Origin: an uncultured Pseudomonadota bacterium
GTDB taxonomy: Bacteria > Oederibacteriota > Muellerivitia > Muellerivitales > Muellerivitaceae
Direction of reading: 5' to 3'
Length of the DNA: 64,000 nucleotides
Assembly (NCBI GenBank): GCA_963770835.1
Contig: CAVYRH010000026.1
Coordinates: 78,811-142,810, forward strand
Positions 27,000 to 37,450 of this stretch are shown here, in pieces; position 1 is the first letter of the stretch, and each line of letters begins with the position of its first letter. The notes beneath the pieces were generated by a model. That model did not search any database, was not told the DNA's origin, and saw only the letters and a list, made by a program, of their open reading frames with translations. The translations under genes and the position numbers were made by a program.

Positions 27000-28565
27000 T
27001 TGACCCATTCCTCCCAACAAAGCCGCTTTTGGGCCCTGGCCGTCCTGGGTTTGGCCGGCCTCTTGATCGTTTTGGAACGCTGTCACACCTACTCCGAGCC
27101 CCTCGAAAGGGACATCACCACCTACGCGGTCATTGGCGAGGAACTCCTCAAGGGCCGGTCCCTTTACTCCGACCTTTGGGACCACAAGCCCCCTGCCATC
27201 CACCTGACCTTCGCCCTTGCCGAGGCCGTTGCGGGGGAGGGGCCCCTTTCCATCTATCTCTTAAACGTATTGGCGGCTTTGGCTACCTTGGCGGGGTTAT
27301 ACCGGGCCGGAAAAAGCCTGGGCGGTTTGGCTGGGGGCCTTTGGACGGCGCTGATTTGGGCGGCCGTTTCCGGGGACCTTTACCTGCAGGCCAACCAACC
27401 CAACGAGGAAGTTTTTCTCAATGCTTTTCAAACCTGGGTATTCGTGTTGTGGCTTTCGGCTTCCGTGAAAACTTTCGAACCTCGCCGGTGGGTCCTTATC
27501 GGCATCTTTTCCGCCATCGCTTCCATTTACAAACCCTTCGCGGTTTTGGAAATCCTGTTTCTTGGCGCGGTTTACCTGGTTCTCAACCCCAAATCTTCCC
27601 CAAGAAAAACCGCTTTGCGCCAAGTGGGAACCGCCTTTGCCTGCGTCCTAGCCGCTTGGGTAGTTCTCTTCGGCTGGTTTTCCCTCCAAGGAAGATGGAA
27701 CGACTTCAAGAACGCAGTCTTTACCTACAACGTTTATTACAGCGGTTACCATGACGCCAGTTTCCTGGAGATAGTGCAAAACATCGGAGGCCAGGCGCTG
27801 AATTTCCAAACCCTTGCCTGGCTCTTCCTACTCTTCGCGCTGGGGTGCCTGGGGGCTTTGCTTGGAAAAAGTAAAAAAGAGGAGCGGGAGCCCCGGCTTT
27901 TTTGGGGCGCCTTTTTGGTGGCGGCCGAATTGGAAGTCCTTCTTCCCGGCTGGTTCTTCGCCCATTACGATCAGCTTCTGCTGCCGCCGCTCGTCTTGGG
28001 GGCGTCTTGGGGCATTACCTATTGGGGGGAGTTAATTAAAGATAAAAGATGGAAATGCCTGCCCGGCACCCTCTTGATGGCCTTCCTTATTTTCCATGAG
28101 GCGCCTTTCTACCGGCTCACACCCGAGGAATGGGCGAATAAAAAATATTCGGACGGTCCGCTGTTCATTCAATCCTACCAACTGGGCCGCGAATTGGACG
28201 GGATACTCCAGCCAGGCGAAACCTTCTATGAATGGGGAAATGAATCCGAACTTTATTTCGCCGCCCGCCGTTCCCCGCCCAGCGGGGTTTTTTACAGCTA
28301 CCCTCTCCTGAATAATCCCCTGGCTGGTGAGCTTTCCCAGCGGGTCGTGCGAGATTTGGAAAAGCAAAGGCCCGAGGTCATCGTCTTAGACACGGCTTTT
28401 TACTTCAACGGTAGTTTTATCCAGCACCACCCCATCCTTCAATGGGTCCGGGGGGTCCAGGACCGCTACAAGCCCTTCCCCCAAAACCCCTACCGGAAGC
28501 CTTTCCTCCTGCTGATGCTCAAGGGGGGCAACCTGGAAAAACGGCTGGGGATGAAACAGACCTGA
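27000..28565 (+). CDS. Polytopic membrane protein with C-terminal soluble domain; possibly a GT-C-like glycosyltransferase (uncertain)
   Basis: 521 aa, TTG start, about 9 TM segments in the first 330 aa, YSDLWDHKPP loop motif, hydrophilic C-terminal domain. Embedded in the GT-C array. Confidence 0.35.
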   Translation: MTHSSQQSRFWALAVLGLAGLLIVLERCHTYSEPLERDITTYAVIGEELLKGRSLYSDLWDHKPPAIHLTFALAEAVAGEGPLSIYLLNVLAALATLAGLYRAGKSLGGLAGGLWTALIWAAVSGDLYLQANQPNEEVFLNAFQTWVFVLWLSASVKTFEPRRWVLIGIFSAIASIYKPFAVLEILFLGAVYLVLNPKSSPRKTALRQVGTAFACVLAAWVVLFGWFSLQGRWNDFKNAVFTYNVYYSGYHDASFLEIVQNIGGQALNFQTLAWLFLLFALGCLGALLGKSKKEEREPRLFWGAFLVAAELEVLLPGWFFAHYDQLLLPPLVLGASWGITYWGELIKDKRWKCLPGTLLMAFLIFHEAPFYRLTPEEWANKKYSDGPLFIQSYQLGRELDGILQPGETFYEWGNESELYFAARRSPPSGVFYSYPLLNNPLAGELSQRVVRDLEKQRPEVIVLDTAFYFNGSFIQHHPILQWVRGVQDRYKPFPQNPYRKPFLLLMLKGGNLEKRLGMKQT

Positions 28566-28567
28566 GG

Positions 28568-30730
28568 CTATTTCCCGCCCGCCGGGGACCGGCCCATCGC
28601 ACCGAGGGCCCTCAAGTTTTCCGCGGCGGGGGTGAGGTTCACGGGACAGAGGAGGGCCGCCTCGAAAGCCTTCCGGGCGCCCGGGATATCCCCTTGAAAG
28701 GCCAGGAAAGCCCCCCATTCGTTATAAAAAAAGGCGGTGGGGTACCCTTGCTTCAGCCCTTCGCGCAGGGCCCGCAAGGCGGCGGGGTTATGCCAGGAAC
28801 GGTTCCGGTCGCCATAGGCGTTTTCCCAAACGTGGAACTTGAAGGCCCATTCCCAATAGAGGGATTCCAAGAAGGGGTCGCCCCGGAAAAGGGGCTTCAT
28901 CCCCTCCAATTGAGCGAAGACTTCCCGGCGGTCCCCGTCTTCCGGCACGTTGGCCTCGGTCCAAACCGCATCCCGCAGGGCCGCGTCGGCTCGCCTCCAA
29001 CTTTCCACGGGTTCCCTCCCGCCTTCCCCGGGGGGAAGGATTCCCAAAACCAGGTTTGAGCCCGGGGGTCCCGGATGGGCCGGGTCATACAGATCAACCC
29101 ATCGGCTCGCCACGAAGCGCCGTTCCAAAAAAGGCCGGTAATCGGCGTCCACCACGATCCCCATCCAATGCACCTGTTCCGGCGAAATCTTGGGATTGGC
29201 GGTGGCGTTGAAGACGTAGGTGGCCACCGAAAGATCCGGATTGGGTTCGTGGGGCCGCAGTTCAAAGAGGACGACTCCCGGTCCCTTTTCCCCGGCTTCC
29301 GCTTTCAAGTAAGGGAAGGCCTTTGCGGAGGGGGAGGCGGAAGAGGGGAAAGTCAAAAGAACATGGCGCAGGTCCAACAAAAGGACGATGGGAAGGGCCA
29401 GCCCCAAGGCCCACCAACGGCTCCGGGAAGGCAGGGAGAGCAACAGGCGGCCCGCCCCCATCACCGTCACCAGCAAAAGGACCGGAAGCAACTGCATGTT
29501 CCGGAAAAGGTCGAAATTTTTCGTCAGCATCCCCGGAGTCAAGAGTACCAAAAAAATAACGGCCAAAAGACGGGTCCAGGCCTGGTGCCGGAAGCGCCAG
29601 CATTCCAAGGCCCCTAAAAAAAAACAGGCGCCTTCCAAGGGGTTGAGAACGCCGCCCCAAACCGGCCCGTAGGAATTTTGCAGGTCGCAGCCCCAGAAAA
29701 GCGAGGTGAGGTTGGAAGCGGAATCCGTCCATCGGCGAAGGAGGCTGTCCTGTCCGCCGAAGGTCCATAGCCGGCCCAAATGGGCGCTGTTCCGGAAATG
29801 AAGGGAGGCCCATCCGAACAGGAAGAGGAAGACCAGGACCGGAACCCCATAGGCGATGAGGGGGCCGGCCCAGGGCTTTTTTCCCCGGCTCAATCGAACG
29901 GCCACGATGAAGCTCACCACCAGGGCCAGCACCGGCCAGGAAGTGGAAACCCAAAAACCCAATCCCACGGCCAGGCCCAAAAGGAAAGGCATCCTTCCGC
30001 CCCCTTGGGGTGGATTGGATTTTATCCAAAAGGCGAGGAGAGCCAGGACCAAGAATTCCCAAAAAACCAGTAAGGACATATAGCCGCAGAATTTGCCGGC
30101 ATAAAGGGGCCAAAAACTGAAGGCCATCAGAAGGACGAAGAGGAAGCCGAAGGAAGGGGAAAGGAGCCGGCGTACGAGGACCCAGGATAGCAAAAGGCTC
30201 CCCAAAGAAAAAAGCGCGGGGAAAAGCCAAAGGGAAGTGACGGACGGCGGGACCAGGTGGAAATAAGCCGCCATGATCCAGTTCAACAAGGCGGGGTATT
30301 GGGAATTGCTCAGAAAAAAAACCCAATGCCAATGGTTTAAGAGTTCCACCGAATAGTAAGCCACCCGGCTGTCGTCGAAGGTGGGCCAGTTGCCCGGCAT
30401 CCAGACCATCCCCAGGCGCACCGCGCAGCCCAAGGCCAGGATCAGGAACCAGAGGAATCCTGGAGGGCGATGGAAAATTTCCGGGAAGGGAAGAGACTTT
30501 TCTTTTTTGTCCGTTCCAGGCATGGAATGGAGGGCCAGGACGAAAGGCAAGAGCACCCCCATCAGGAAAATCCATAATCGAAGGGCGAGGCCCATGGGCA
30601 CCCAGGAAAGGACGGCGTTGACGCCTGTGAATACCAGAAAATAAACCCAGGCCTTGGCGGGATAGGATGGATTGAAGAAACCAGTCTTTGGGGTCACTGA
30701 TGGGCGCCTTTTTTTAATTCCCCGGGACAT
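28568..30730 (-). CDS. GT-C fold glycosyltransferase, PMT/TMTC-like with C-terminal TPR (paralog 2 of 6)
   Basis: 720 aa; GNWPTFDDSRVAYYSVELL motif; N-terminal 150 aa about 85% identical to paralog 3 (KTGFFNPSYPAKAWVYFLVFTGVNAVLSWVPMGLALRLW...). Confidence 0.6.
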   Translation of the reverse strand: MSRGIKKRRPSVTPKTGFFNPSYPAKAWVYFLVFTGVNAVLSWVPMGLALRLWIFLMGVLLPFVLALHSMPGTDKKEKSLPFPEIFHRPPGFLWFLILALGCAVRLGMVWMPGNWPTFDDSRVAYYSVELLNHWHWVFFLSNSQYPALLNWIMAAYFHLVPPSVTSLWLFPALFSLGSLLLSWVLVRRLLSPSFGFLFVLLMAFSFWPLYAGKFCGYMSLLVFWEFLVLALLAFWIKSNPPQGGGRMPFLLGLAVGLGFWVSTSWPVLALVVSFIVAVRLSRGKKPWAGPLIAYGVPVLVFLFLFGWASLHFRNSAHLGRLWTFGGQDSLLRRWTDSASNLTSLFWGCDLQNSYGPVWGGVLNPLEGACFFLGALECWRFRHQAWTRLLAVIFLVLLTPGMLTKNFDLFRNMQLLPVLLLVTVMGAGRLLLSLPSRSRWWALGLALPIVLLLDLRHVLLTFPSSASPSAKAFPYLKAEAGEKGPGVVLFELRPHEPNPDLSVATYVFNATANPKISPEQVHWMGIVVDADYRPFLERRFVASRWVDLYDPAHPGPPGSNLVLGILPPGEGGREPVESWRRADAALRDAVWTEANVPEDGDRREVFAQLEGMKPLFRGDPFLESLYWEWAFKFHVWENAYGDRNRSWHNPAALRALREGLKQGYPTAFFYNEWGAFLAFQGDIPGARKAFEAALLCPVNLTPAAENLRALGAMGRSPAGGK

Positions 30731-32874
30731 TCCGGGAAGGGAAATTTTTTTTCCATGGCCTCCAGGGCCTTCAAGTTGTCCGCGGTGGGAGTGAGGTTCA
30801 CGGGACAGCGGAGGGCCTTTTCAAAGGCTTCCCGGGCGCCCGGATAATCCCTTTCCAGGATTAAAAAGTTTCCGAGCTCGTTGTAGAAAATCGCCGCCGG
30901 ATATCCCAGCCTCAATTCATTCCGCACGGCTTGCAGGGCCGCCGGAAAATGGACGGCCGTGTCCCGGTCCCCGTAAGAGAGTTCCCACCCTTGAAAATTG
31001 AAGACCCATTCCCAATAGAGGGATTCCAATAAAGGGTCGCCCTTGAACAAGGGATAAACCCGCGACAATTCCTCGAAGACCCCCTTCCGGTCGCCATCCT
31101 CCGGCAGGTTGGCCGCCGCCCAAGTGATGTTCCGCAAGGCCCCGTCGGCCCGCCTCCAGTTTTCCAGCGCCGCCTGGTTTTCGGCCCCGACCGGGATCAC
31201 CCCCAAGGCCAGGTTGGCGTTTTGAAGGTCCGGGTTCACCCTGTCAAAAAGATCAAACCACTTCCCGCCGGCAAAGCGGCGCTCCAAATAGGGCTGAAAA
31301 TCCACGTCCACGATCACCGCCAACCACTTCACCTTTTCCCCGGGGATTTGGGGGTTGACCGTCGCGTTGAACGCATAGGTGGCCATGGCCAGGGTCAGGT
31401 CCGATTCATGGGGCCGCAACTCGAACAACAAAGCGCCTGGCCCTTCCTGGCGGGCTTCCTCCCTTAAAAGGGGGAAGGCCTGGGCGGAAGCGAAGGAAGA
31501 GGGACGGTTGGCGCCCGGGGCCTTTGGCTGGTAAGTCAGCAGGGTTTGGCCGAGGTCGAGGAAAAAGACGCAGGGGAGGGCCAGGCCCAGGGCCCAGACC
31601 CGAGACCGCGGGGAAATAGACAGGAGCGCCCGTCCAGCGCCCAAGGCCGTCACCAGCAAAAGAAGGGGCAGGACCTGGGTGTTGCGGAACAGGTCGAAGT
31701 TTTTGGTGGTCAAACCCGGCGCCAAGAGGAGAAGGAAGGCCGAAGCCAGCAGGACCGCCCAGGGTTTGCGCCGGAAGCGCCAGCATTCGAGAGCCCCGAG
31801 GAAAAAACAGGCGCCTTCCAAGGGGTTGAGGACGCCCCCGGCCACGGGCCCGTAGGCGTTTTGGAGGTCACAACCCCAGAAAAGCACGGTGAGGTTGGAG
31901 GCCGAATCCATCAGCTGGCGCGGGACGTCCATGGGCCTTCTAAAGGCCCAGAGCTGGCCGATATGCACCCCGTTGCGGAAGCGCAGGGACAGCCAGCCGA
32001 ACAACAGGGCGGAGACCAGGACTGGAACCAGGTAGACAACCAGGGACTCCCAAACCGCCTTTTTCCTTTGCCTCAGCAGGAGGGCCACCGTGGCGCTCAG
32101 CGCCAGGGCCGCCACCGGCCAGGAAATGGAAACCCAAAATCCCCCGGCCACGAAGAGGCCCAGGGCCAAAGGCACCACCCAAAGGCGGCGGGAGGGGCTG
32201 GAGGAGGCCCAAAAGGCCAGGGCCGCGAGGGTCAGGCATTCCCAGAAAACCAGGGAGGTCATGTACATGCAGAACCGCCCGGCGTAAAGCGGCCAAAAGT
32301 TGAAAGCCATGAGGAAAACCAGGAGGAAAGCGAAAGAGCGGGAAAAGAGGCGCCGGGCCGCAGCCCCCACGAGAAGAAGCGCCCCGATGGAATAAAGCGC
32401 CGGGTAAAGCCTCAGGGCGGTCAGGGATGGCGGGACGAGCTTGTAAAAGAAAGGCATGACCCAATTGAATAAAGGGGGATGCTGGGTGGGGCTGAAGAGG
32501 AAGACCCAACGCCACCGGTTCAAAAGTTCCACCGAGTAATAAGCGAAGCGGCCGTCGTCCCAGGTGGGCCAGTTGCCCGGAAGAAAGGCCAGCCCCAGGC
32601 GCACTGCCACCCCCAGAACCAGGATCCACCAGAGCCGGGAAGGAGCCTTGAGGAATTCCGCCCTGGGGAGGGGGACTTCCTTTTTACCGGCTTCTTCCAT
32701 GGAAAGGGCGGCCAGGACGAGGGGCAAAAGAACCCCCATCAGGAAAACCCATAATCGAAGGGCGAGGCCCATGGGCGCCCAGGAAAGGACGGCGTTGGCG
32801 CCTGTGAATAGCAGGAAATAAACCCAGGCTTTGGCGGGATAGGATCGGTCGAAGAAGCCGGTTTTGGAGATCAT
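30694..32874 (-). CDS. GT-C fold glycosyltransferase, PMT/TMTC-like with C-terminal TPR (paralog 3 of 6)
   Basis: 726 aa; GNWPTWDDGRFAYYSVELL; same architecture as paralog 2; overlaps paralog 2 start by 37 nt. Confidence 0.6.
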   Translation of the reverse strand: MISKTGFFDRSYPAKAWVYFLLFTGANAVLSWAPMGLALRLWVFLMGVLLPLVLAALSMEEAGKKEVPLPRAEFLKAPSRLWWILVLGVAVRLGLAFLPGNWPTWDDGRFAYYSVELLNRWRWVFLFSPTQHPPLFNWVMPFFYKLVPPSLTALRLYPALYSIGALLLVGAAARRLFSRSFAFLLVFLMAFNFWPLYAGRFCMYMTSLVFWECLTLAALAFWASSSPSRRLWVVPLALGLFVAGGFWVSISWPVAALALSATVALLLRQRKKAVWESLVVYLVPVLVSALLFGWLSLRFRNGVHIGQLWAFRRPMDVPRQLMDSASNLTVLFWGCDLQNAYGPVAGGVLNPLEGACFFLGALECWRFRRKPWAVLLASAFLLLLAPGLTTKNFDLFRNTQVLPLLLLVTALGAGRALLSISPRSRVWALGLALPCVFFLDLGQTLLTYQPKAPGANRPSSFASAQAFPLLREEARQEGPGALLFELRPHESDLTLAMATYAFNATVNPQIPGEKVKWLAVIVDVDFQPYLERRFAGGKWFDLFDRVNPDLQNANLALGVIPVGAENQAALENWRRADGALRNITWAAANLPEDGDRKGVFEELSRVYPLFKGDPLLESLYWEWVFNFQGWELSYGDRDTAVHFPAALQAVRNELRLGYPAAIFYNELGNFLILERDYPGAREAFEKALRCPVNLTPTADNLKALEAMEKKFPFPECPGELKKGAHQ

Positions 32875-33147
32875 CGGTCAGGGGCCCTAACCGGAGTATC
32901 CCGACTCGGACGGAAAACGGCAACAAAAATCATTTGAACCGACGTTTGGACGGGCTCCGGCCCGTGGAAATTCCGGTTCTTTTCCGAGGCAAAGTTTTCC
33001 AGGCCACGCCTCCAATGTTAGAATACACCGTCGTTCAGCTTGCGGGTCCCCGGGCTTTAACCCCTTGTTCCCCGCGTTCAAAATGTATCGGGCGAGGCCG
33101 CCATTTCCCCCACGACAAAGTCCAAGCTCTTTCCCGCAGGCCCCGCC

Positions 33148-34809
33148 TTGGCCGTGGGAGGACTGCTCCTTTTCCTCGCCCTGCAACTGTATTTCTTCAC
33201 CCCTTATTATGAACTGAACGACGACACCTTCAAAACCTTCTTCACCCAGGGCCTGGGGACGGAACTCGCGCCCAGCGAGTTCGCCGGCTACTCCAACCCC
33301 CTTTGGGGCCTGCTGATAAAGTCCCTTTTCGCCCTTTTCCCCCACGTGCCCTGCTACGGCATCGCCCTTGTTACCATCCAGGCCCTGTCCTTCGGGGCCC
33401 TTTTATGGGCTTTTGGCCTCAGCCCCCACCCCGGCTTCAAGGCCCTCCTCTTCGCGGTTACCTTCCTGGGGGCGGGGGTTCATTTTTTCGCCCAAATCCA
33501 ATTCACCGTAACCGCCCTGCTGGCCGTCCAATCCGCCCTTTTCCTCCTCCTCAGCCTTTGGCAAAACAAGCGTTTGGCCGGCTCGCCGGCGGCCCTGGGG
33601 CTTTCTGGATTCCTGCTTTTCGCGGGGTCCCTCATCCGGTTCGAGGCTTTCCTGCTGGCGATCCTCGCCTTCCTTCCCCTTTCGGCCCCCCTTTGGCCCG
33701 GAAAAAATAAAAATTTCCGTGAAACAGTTTCATCGCGGAAAGGTTATTTTTTGGCCCTGGGATTATTGGTCTTGGGCGCCGCCGCCTTCAGCCACTATTG
33801 GTACGCAAAAACCCCGGGCTGGAGCGACTTCAACCGGTTCGACCACGAGCGATTGGACCTCATGGATTACCGCATCGATCCCTACAACGCGGCCACCCAG
33901 CCCTATTTCGACCAGGCGGGATGGACCGAAAACGACTATCAGATGTTCAAGGACTGGTATTTCATGGACAAGGATATCTACGATCCGGACAACATGCGCC
34001 GCCTGGCCGGGCATTTCCCGCGGGTGGGAGCGGAGGGCAAACCCTTCGCCTATCATTCCCTCCCGGAAACCCTCGCGTCCTTTTGGGGCCAAACCTTTTT
34101 GATGTACGTCTTCGCCTTCTTCCTCTGGGTCCCGTTGAAGCCCCTCCGCTTATTGGCCCTTCAATTCCTGTGGATCCTCGCCCTTTTCGCCTTTCTCGTT
34201 TATTTTTGGGGCGCGCGGGACAGGGTGACCCTTCCGCTGCTTTTTATGCTGGTGAACGCGGCCATTTACTTTTCCAATCCCGCCTTGGGGGAAAATCCGG
34301 GCTCCGGGGGGAGGTTCCGGAAGCTCCTCCTCAAGGCCGCCGCTATCTTCCTGGCGGTTTTGTTCCTGCTGGGGATGAATCTTTACTACTACTCCTACCT
34401 GGGGAACCGGGACTTGCGGATCAGGGAAAAGGCCCTGGAAACCTGCCTCGCGGAATGGAAGCCCCGGGAGGACCATCTTTACGTGGTCTGGGACTCCAGC
34501 TTCCCCTACGAAGACCTCAACGTCTTCGACAACTTCGACGCCTTCCGGAAGCTCCATATCTTCCCGCTGGCCGTCTACCAGCGCAGCCCCAACGCCCAAA
34601 AAATGCTGGACCGCTTCGGGATCAAGAACCTCCTGCGGGACCTGGTGGACAATCCAAACGTTTCGCTGATCTGCTGGCCCCAGGAAGGCGCCCTTTACCA
34701 CCAGTACATGCTGGAAAAATACCGGATGGAAATCACCGCTGAAAAAACCTATGACTGCCCTTTCTTCAAGGTGTACCGGATCCATTCAAAACCTTCCCCG
34801 AAGGGCTGA
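33148..34809 (+). CDS. Polytopic hypothetical membrane protein (TTG start) within the GT-C array
   Basis: 553 aa, about 12 hydrophobic segments, aromatic-rich loops (DYRIDPYNAATQPYFDQAGWTENDYQMFKDWYF); no recognisable catalytic motif. Confidence 0.4.
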   Translation: MAVGGLLLFLALQLYFFTPYYELNDDTFKTFFTQGLGTELAPSEFAGYSNPLWGLLIKSLFALFPHVPCYGIALVTIQALSFGALLWAFGLSPHPGFKALLFAVTFLGAGVHFFAQIQFTVTALLAVQSALFLLLSLWQNKRLAGSPAALGLSGFLLFAGSLIRFEAFLLAILAFLPLSAPLWPGKNKNFRETVSSRKGYFLALGLLVLGAAAFSHYWYAKTPGWSDFNRFDHERLDLMDYRIDPYNAATQPYFDQAGWTENDYQMFKDWYFMDKDIYDPDNMRRLAGHFPRVGAEGKPFAYHSLPETLASFWGQTFLMYVFAFFLWVPLKPLRLLALQFLWILALFAFLVYFWGARDRVTLPLLFMLVNAAIYFSNPALGENPGSGGRFRKLLLKAAAIFLAVLFLLGMNLYYYSYLGNRDLRIREKALETCLAEWKPREDHLYVVWDSSFPYEDLNVFDNFDAFRKLHIFPLAVYQRSPNAQKMLDRFGIKNLLRDLVDNPNVSLICWPQEGALYHQYMLEKYRMEITAEKTYDCPFFKVYRIHSKPSPKG

Positions 34810-37024
34810 GGTGCCCCTGAAGCCATTGAAGGAGGGCGGCGGGGGGCGGATTTTGCGGTTCCAACCTGCGGCATTGCTGGAAGTCCCAAAGAGCCTGCCG
34901 GTAATTTTTTTGGTCCATTTCCAATTGGGCCAGGTAGCGGTAAAACTTCGGCGACTCATAACCCGTTTGGAGGGCGGAATGAAACAAGAGGAGGGCCTGC
35001 CGCTCATCGTGTTTAAGGTCCCTTTCGTCCTCCCCCAGCCTTTCCAAAAAATAACCCTTCCGCCACCGCAGGGCCGGGTCCAAACCACAAACCCGGATTT
35101 CCTCCCTCAGGCATTGCATGGCTTCCTCTTGGGGGATCTTGTCCATTAAATCCGCTAATTTTTCCCAATAACAAGACTCCAGGAAAGTGTCACCTTGAAA
35201 AGAGCCCCGGCATGACTTCAAGCTTTCCACGGCCGGCCCGTAGTCCGGGTTCGCGATGTGGTAAGGCATCAAGCCGAAAAGGCCCTGGATTTGGCGGTGG
35301 GCTTCCAGCCATTTTTGGAGCACCGGAGCGGCTTGGCTGTCCAAAGGTAAGAGGAACAAAACCAGGTTGCCTTCCAATGCCGGCAATCCATCGAAGAGCG
35401 GGTAGTTTTGGGAACGGGGGAAGCGGCGGGCGAAGTAGGACCGGAAGGAATCATCGGCCAGGACCGCGGCCCAATGGGCTTTTTGCGGGTCGAGAGCCGG
35501 GTTTCTCGCGGCGTTAAAGGGATAGGTTGAAATCAGGAGGGATTGGTCAAAAATATTGGGCACGAACTCGGTGAGGATCAATCCGGGACCTTCCCTGGCC
35601 TGGACCAGGTCCAGGATCTGGAAAGCGCGGTACCTTTCGGGTGATTTCGAATCGTTGGAATGGGCGCCCGGAACGGCCCACTGATGGTAGGGAAAACCCA
35701 AGTGGCAAAGGTCCAGGCCGGCGGAAAAGCTGGCGGAAAGGACCAGTGCCATGATTCGGCGGCGCTTGGGAAACGCCAGGAGCCATCTCCTCCATCCTAC
35801 GGCGGCCACCACCACCGCCAGGGGCAGGAGGGGTAGGATGCGCATGACCTCGACGTTGGCGGAAAGAACGCCGGGCAGTAGCCCCAACGCCAGGAGCCCT
35901 ACCGTCCCGAAAAAGAAAAATTTCCGGCGATTCCCGAAAATCTCCACGATCCCCAATAAAAAGGCCGCGCCGAGGATGGGATTGAAAAAGCCACCCCAAA
36001 GTGGCCCAAAATTAAAATAGGATTTGTCGACCGTTCCCCACAGCAAGGCCGTGACATAAGAGAAAGAGACCGACAGTTGATGGAGGGAAAGGGGCTGGGA
36101 GAAAATGAGGTAATGCTGTACGTGACCCGCCAGGACATTCCGGAAAATCCCAAGGGAAATCGGCAGGGCCAGGAGAAGAACCGGCAGGGCAAAAGCCAAA
36201 ACCGGCCCCCATCGTCCTGGCTTTTCCCGCAAGGTCTTCCGCAAAGCCCCAACACTTAACACGAAGATAACCGGAATGGACAGTATCCAAACATATAAAC
36301 CTGAACCGAGCCCCAAGCCCAATCCCAAGGCGGTAAAAATCCGGTTTTTTCCGGGGCGGCTTTGAAGGAAAAGCGCGAAGAGGCCCAGACAAAGGCATTC
36401 CCAAGCCGTGAACAATACCATGATTTGACAGAAGGTGCCCAGGAAGAGGGGCCAAAAGCTGAAAGCCAGGATCAAGGCGCAAAAAAAAGAAAGGGATTTG
36501 GAAAAATACCTCCGACAGGCCCAGTAGCCCGCCAACAAGACCAGGATGGACAATAAGCCGGGAAAAAACCAAAGGGAAAAAAGCGAGGGGGGAAACAGCC
36601 TGTAAAACAACGCCAACATCCAAAAAAAGAGGGGCGGATCGGATTCAGAGGAATAAAAGAGCTGCCAGTGCCAATGTTGCGCTTGGCCAATGGAATAATA
36701 GCTGCTGAGGGCGTCGTCCCACATGGGCCAAACCAAGAGGGGGCGCGAGAAACACAACCTCAGCGCGGCCGCGCCCCCCCAAAACACGACCCAAAACCAA
36801 GCCGGGAAGGAAGCGGGGAAATCCCGCCCCTTCCATGGTCCGGCTGTTTTGAAAGCTAAAGCCAAAGGAAGCAGGATTCCCAAGACGCCCACACAGCATT
36901 TCGTGGGAAGACCCGATGGGAGGTAAGCCAGGAAAAAATTGACTGCCAGGAAAATCCCCAAATAGGCACGGGGGTCGTAGGGACGTCGAAGCAGCTGTTG
37001 AATCCTATTTTCGGGGGAGTTCAC
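34766..37024 (-). CDS. GT-C fold glycosyltransferase, PMT/TMTC-like with C-terminal TPR (paralog 4 of 6)
   Basis: 752 aa; VWPMWDDALSSYYSIGQ motif; C-terminal TPR-like region (NYRQALWDFQQCRRLEPQNP). Confidence 0.6.
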   Translation of the reverse strand: MNSPENRIQQLLRRPYDPRAYLGIFLAVNFFLAYLPSGLPTKCCVGVLGILLPLALAFKTAGPWKGRDFPASFPAWFWVVFWGGAAALRLCFSRPLLVWPMWDDALSSYYSIGQAQHWHWQLFYSSESDPPLFFWMLALFYRLFPPSLFSLWFFPGLLSILVLLAGYWACRRYFSKSLSFFCALILAFSFWPLFLGTFCQIMVLFTAWECLCLGLFALFLQSRPGKNRIFTALGLGLGLGSGLYVWILSIPVIFVLSVGALRKTLREKPGRWGPVLAFALPVLLLALPISLGIFRNVLAGHVQHYLIFSQPLSLHQLSVSFSYVTALLWGTVDKSYFNFGPLWGGFFNPILGAAFLLGIVEIFGNRRKFFFFGTVGLLALGLLPGVLSANVEVMRILPLLPLAVVVAAVGWRRWLLAFPKRRRIMALVLSASFSAGLDLCHLGFPYHQWAVPGAHSNDSKSPERYRAFQILDLVQAREGPGLILTEFVPNIFDQSLLISTYPFNAARNPALDPQKAHWAAVLADDSFRSYFARRFPRSQNYPLFDGLPALEGNLVLFLLPLDSQAAPVLQKWLEAHRQIQGLFGLMPYHIANPDYGPAVESLKSCRGSFQGDTFLESCYWEKLADLMDKIPQEEAMQCLREEIRVCGLDPALRWRKGYFLERLGEDERDLKHDERQALLLFHSALQTGYESPKFYRYLAQLEMDQKNYRQALWDFQQCRRLEPQNPPPAALLQWLQGHLSPSGKVLNGSGTP

Positions 37025-37065
37025 CCGGGGATTTTACCTAAAAAAACAAGCCCCCATGGTGGATT

Positions 37066-37425
37066 TCAGGCCGAACAGGCCTCAAGCCATTGGGAAAGGT
37101 GCCGGTCGATGCCGCTCAAGCGCTTAGCCCAGCGGTCATGGAGCTCGGTCGAGAGCAGGTTTTTCCTCAGGCAAAGGCTCATCAAGGGGACGCACTCGTG
37201 GGTCATAGCCAGGGCCTGCTCCAGGAATTTCCCGGTGCGGGCCGGGCTCTTCGAATCCTTTGCTTTTTGGACGGCCTGGGAAAGTTCGTGGACCTGGCGT
37301 TTCAGGCGCGAGACAGCCTCGTGCTTCAAGGCCCAGGGGAGGTTCTGGTAGGTCTTGTTGATCTCCCCGGCCAGGTCGTCGCAGAGGGCGGGAATGTTCA
37401 CATTCAAGTAATCCGATGACGCCAT
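37066..37425 (-). CDS. Small hypothetical all-helical protein between GT-C paralogs
   Basis: 119 aa, predicted helical, no TM segment; position conserved inside the co-oriented array. Confidence 0.35.
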   Translation of the reverse strand: MASSDYLNVNIPALCDDLAGEINKTYQNLPWALKHEAVSRLKRQVHELSQAVQKAKDSKSPARTGKFLEQALAMTHECVPLMSLCLRKNLLSTELHDRWAKRLSGIDRHLSQWLEACSA

Positions 37426-37450
37426 AGGCTTTCCTCCCCTTCTGGGATGG

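Noticed and set aside
29262-30575. 437-aa minus-strand ORF (different frame) inside GT-C paralog 2, and similar long ORFs inside paralogs 3-6
   Set aside because: Alternative-frame translations are Pro/Gly/Arg-rich with no TM segments or motifs. The annotated frames give coherent polytopic proteins conserved among six paralogs.
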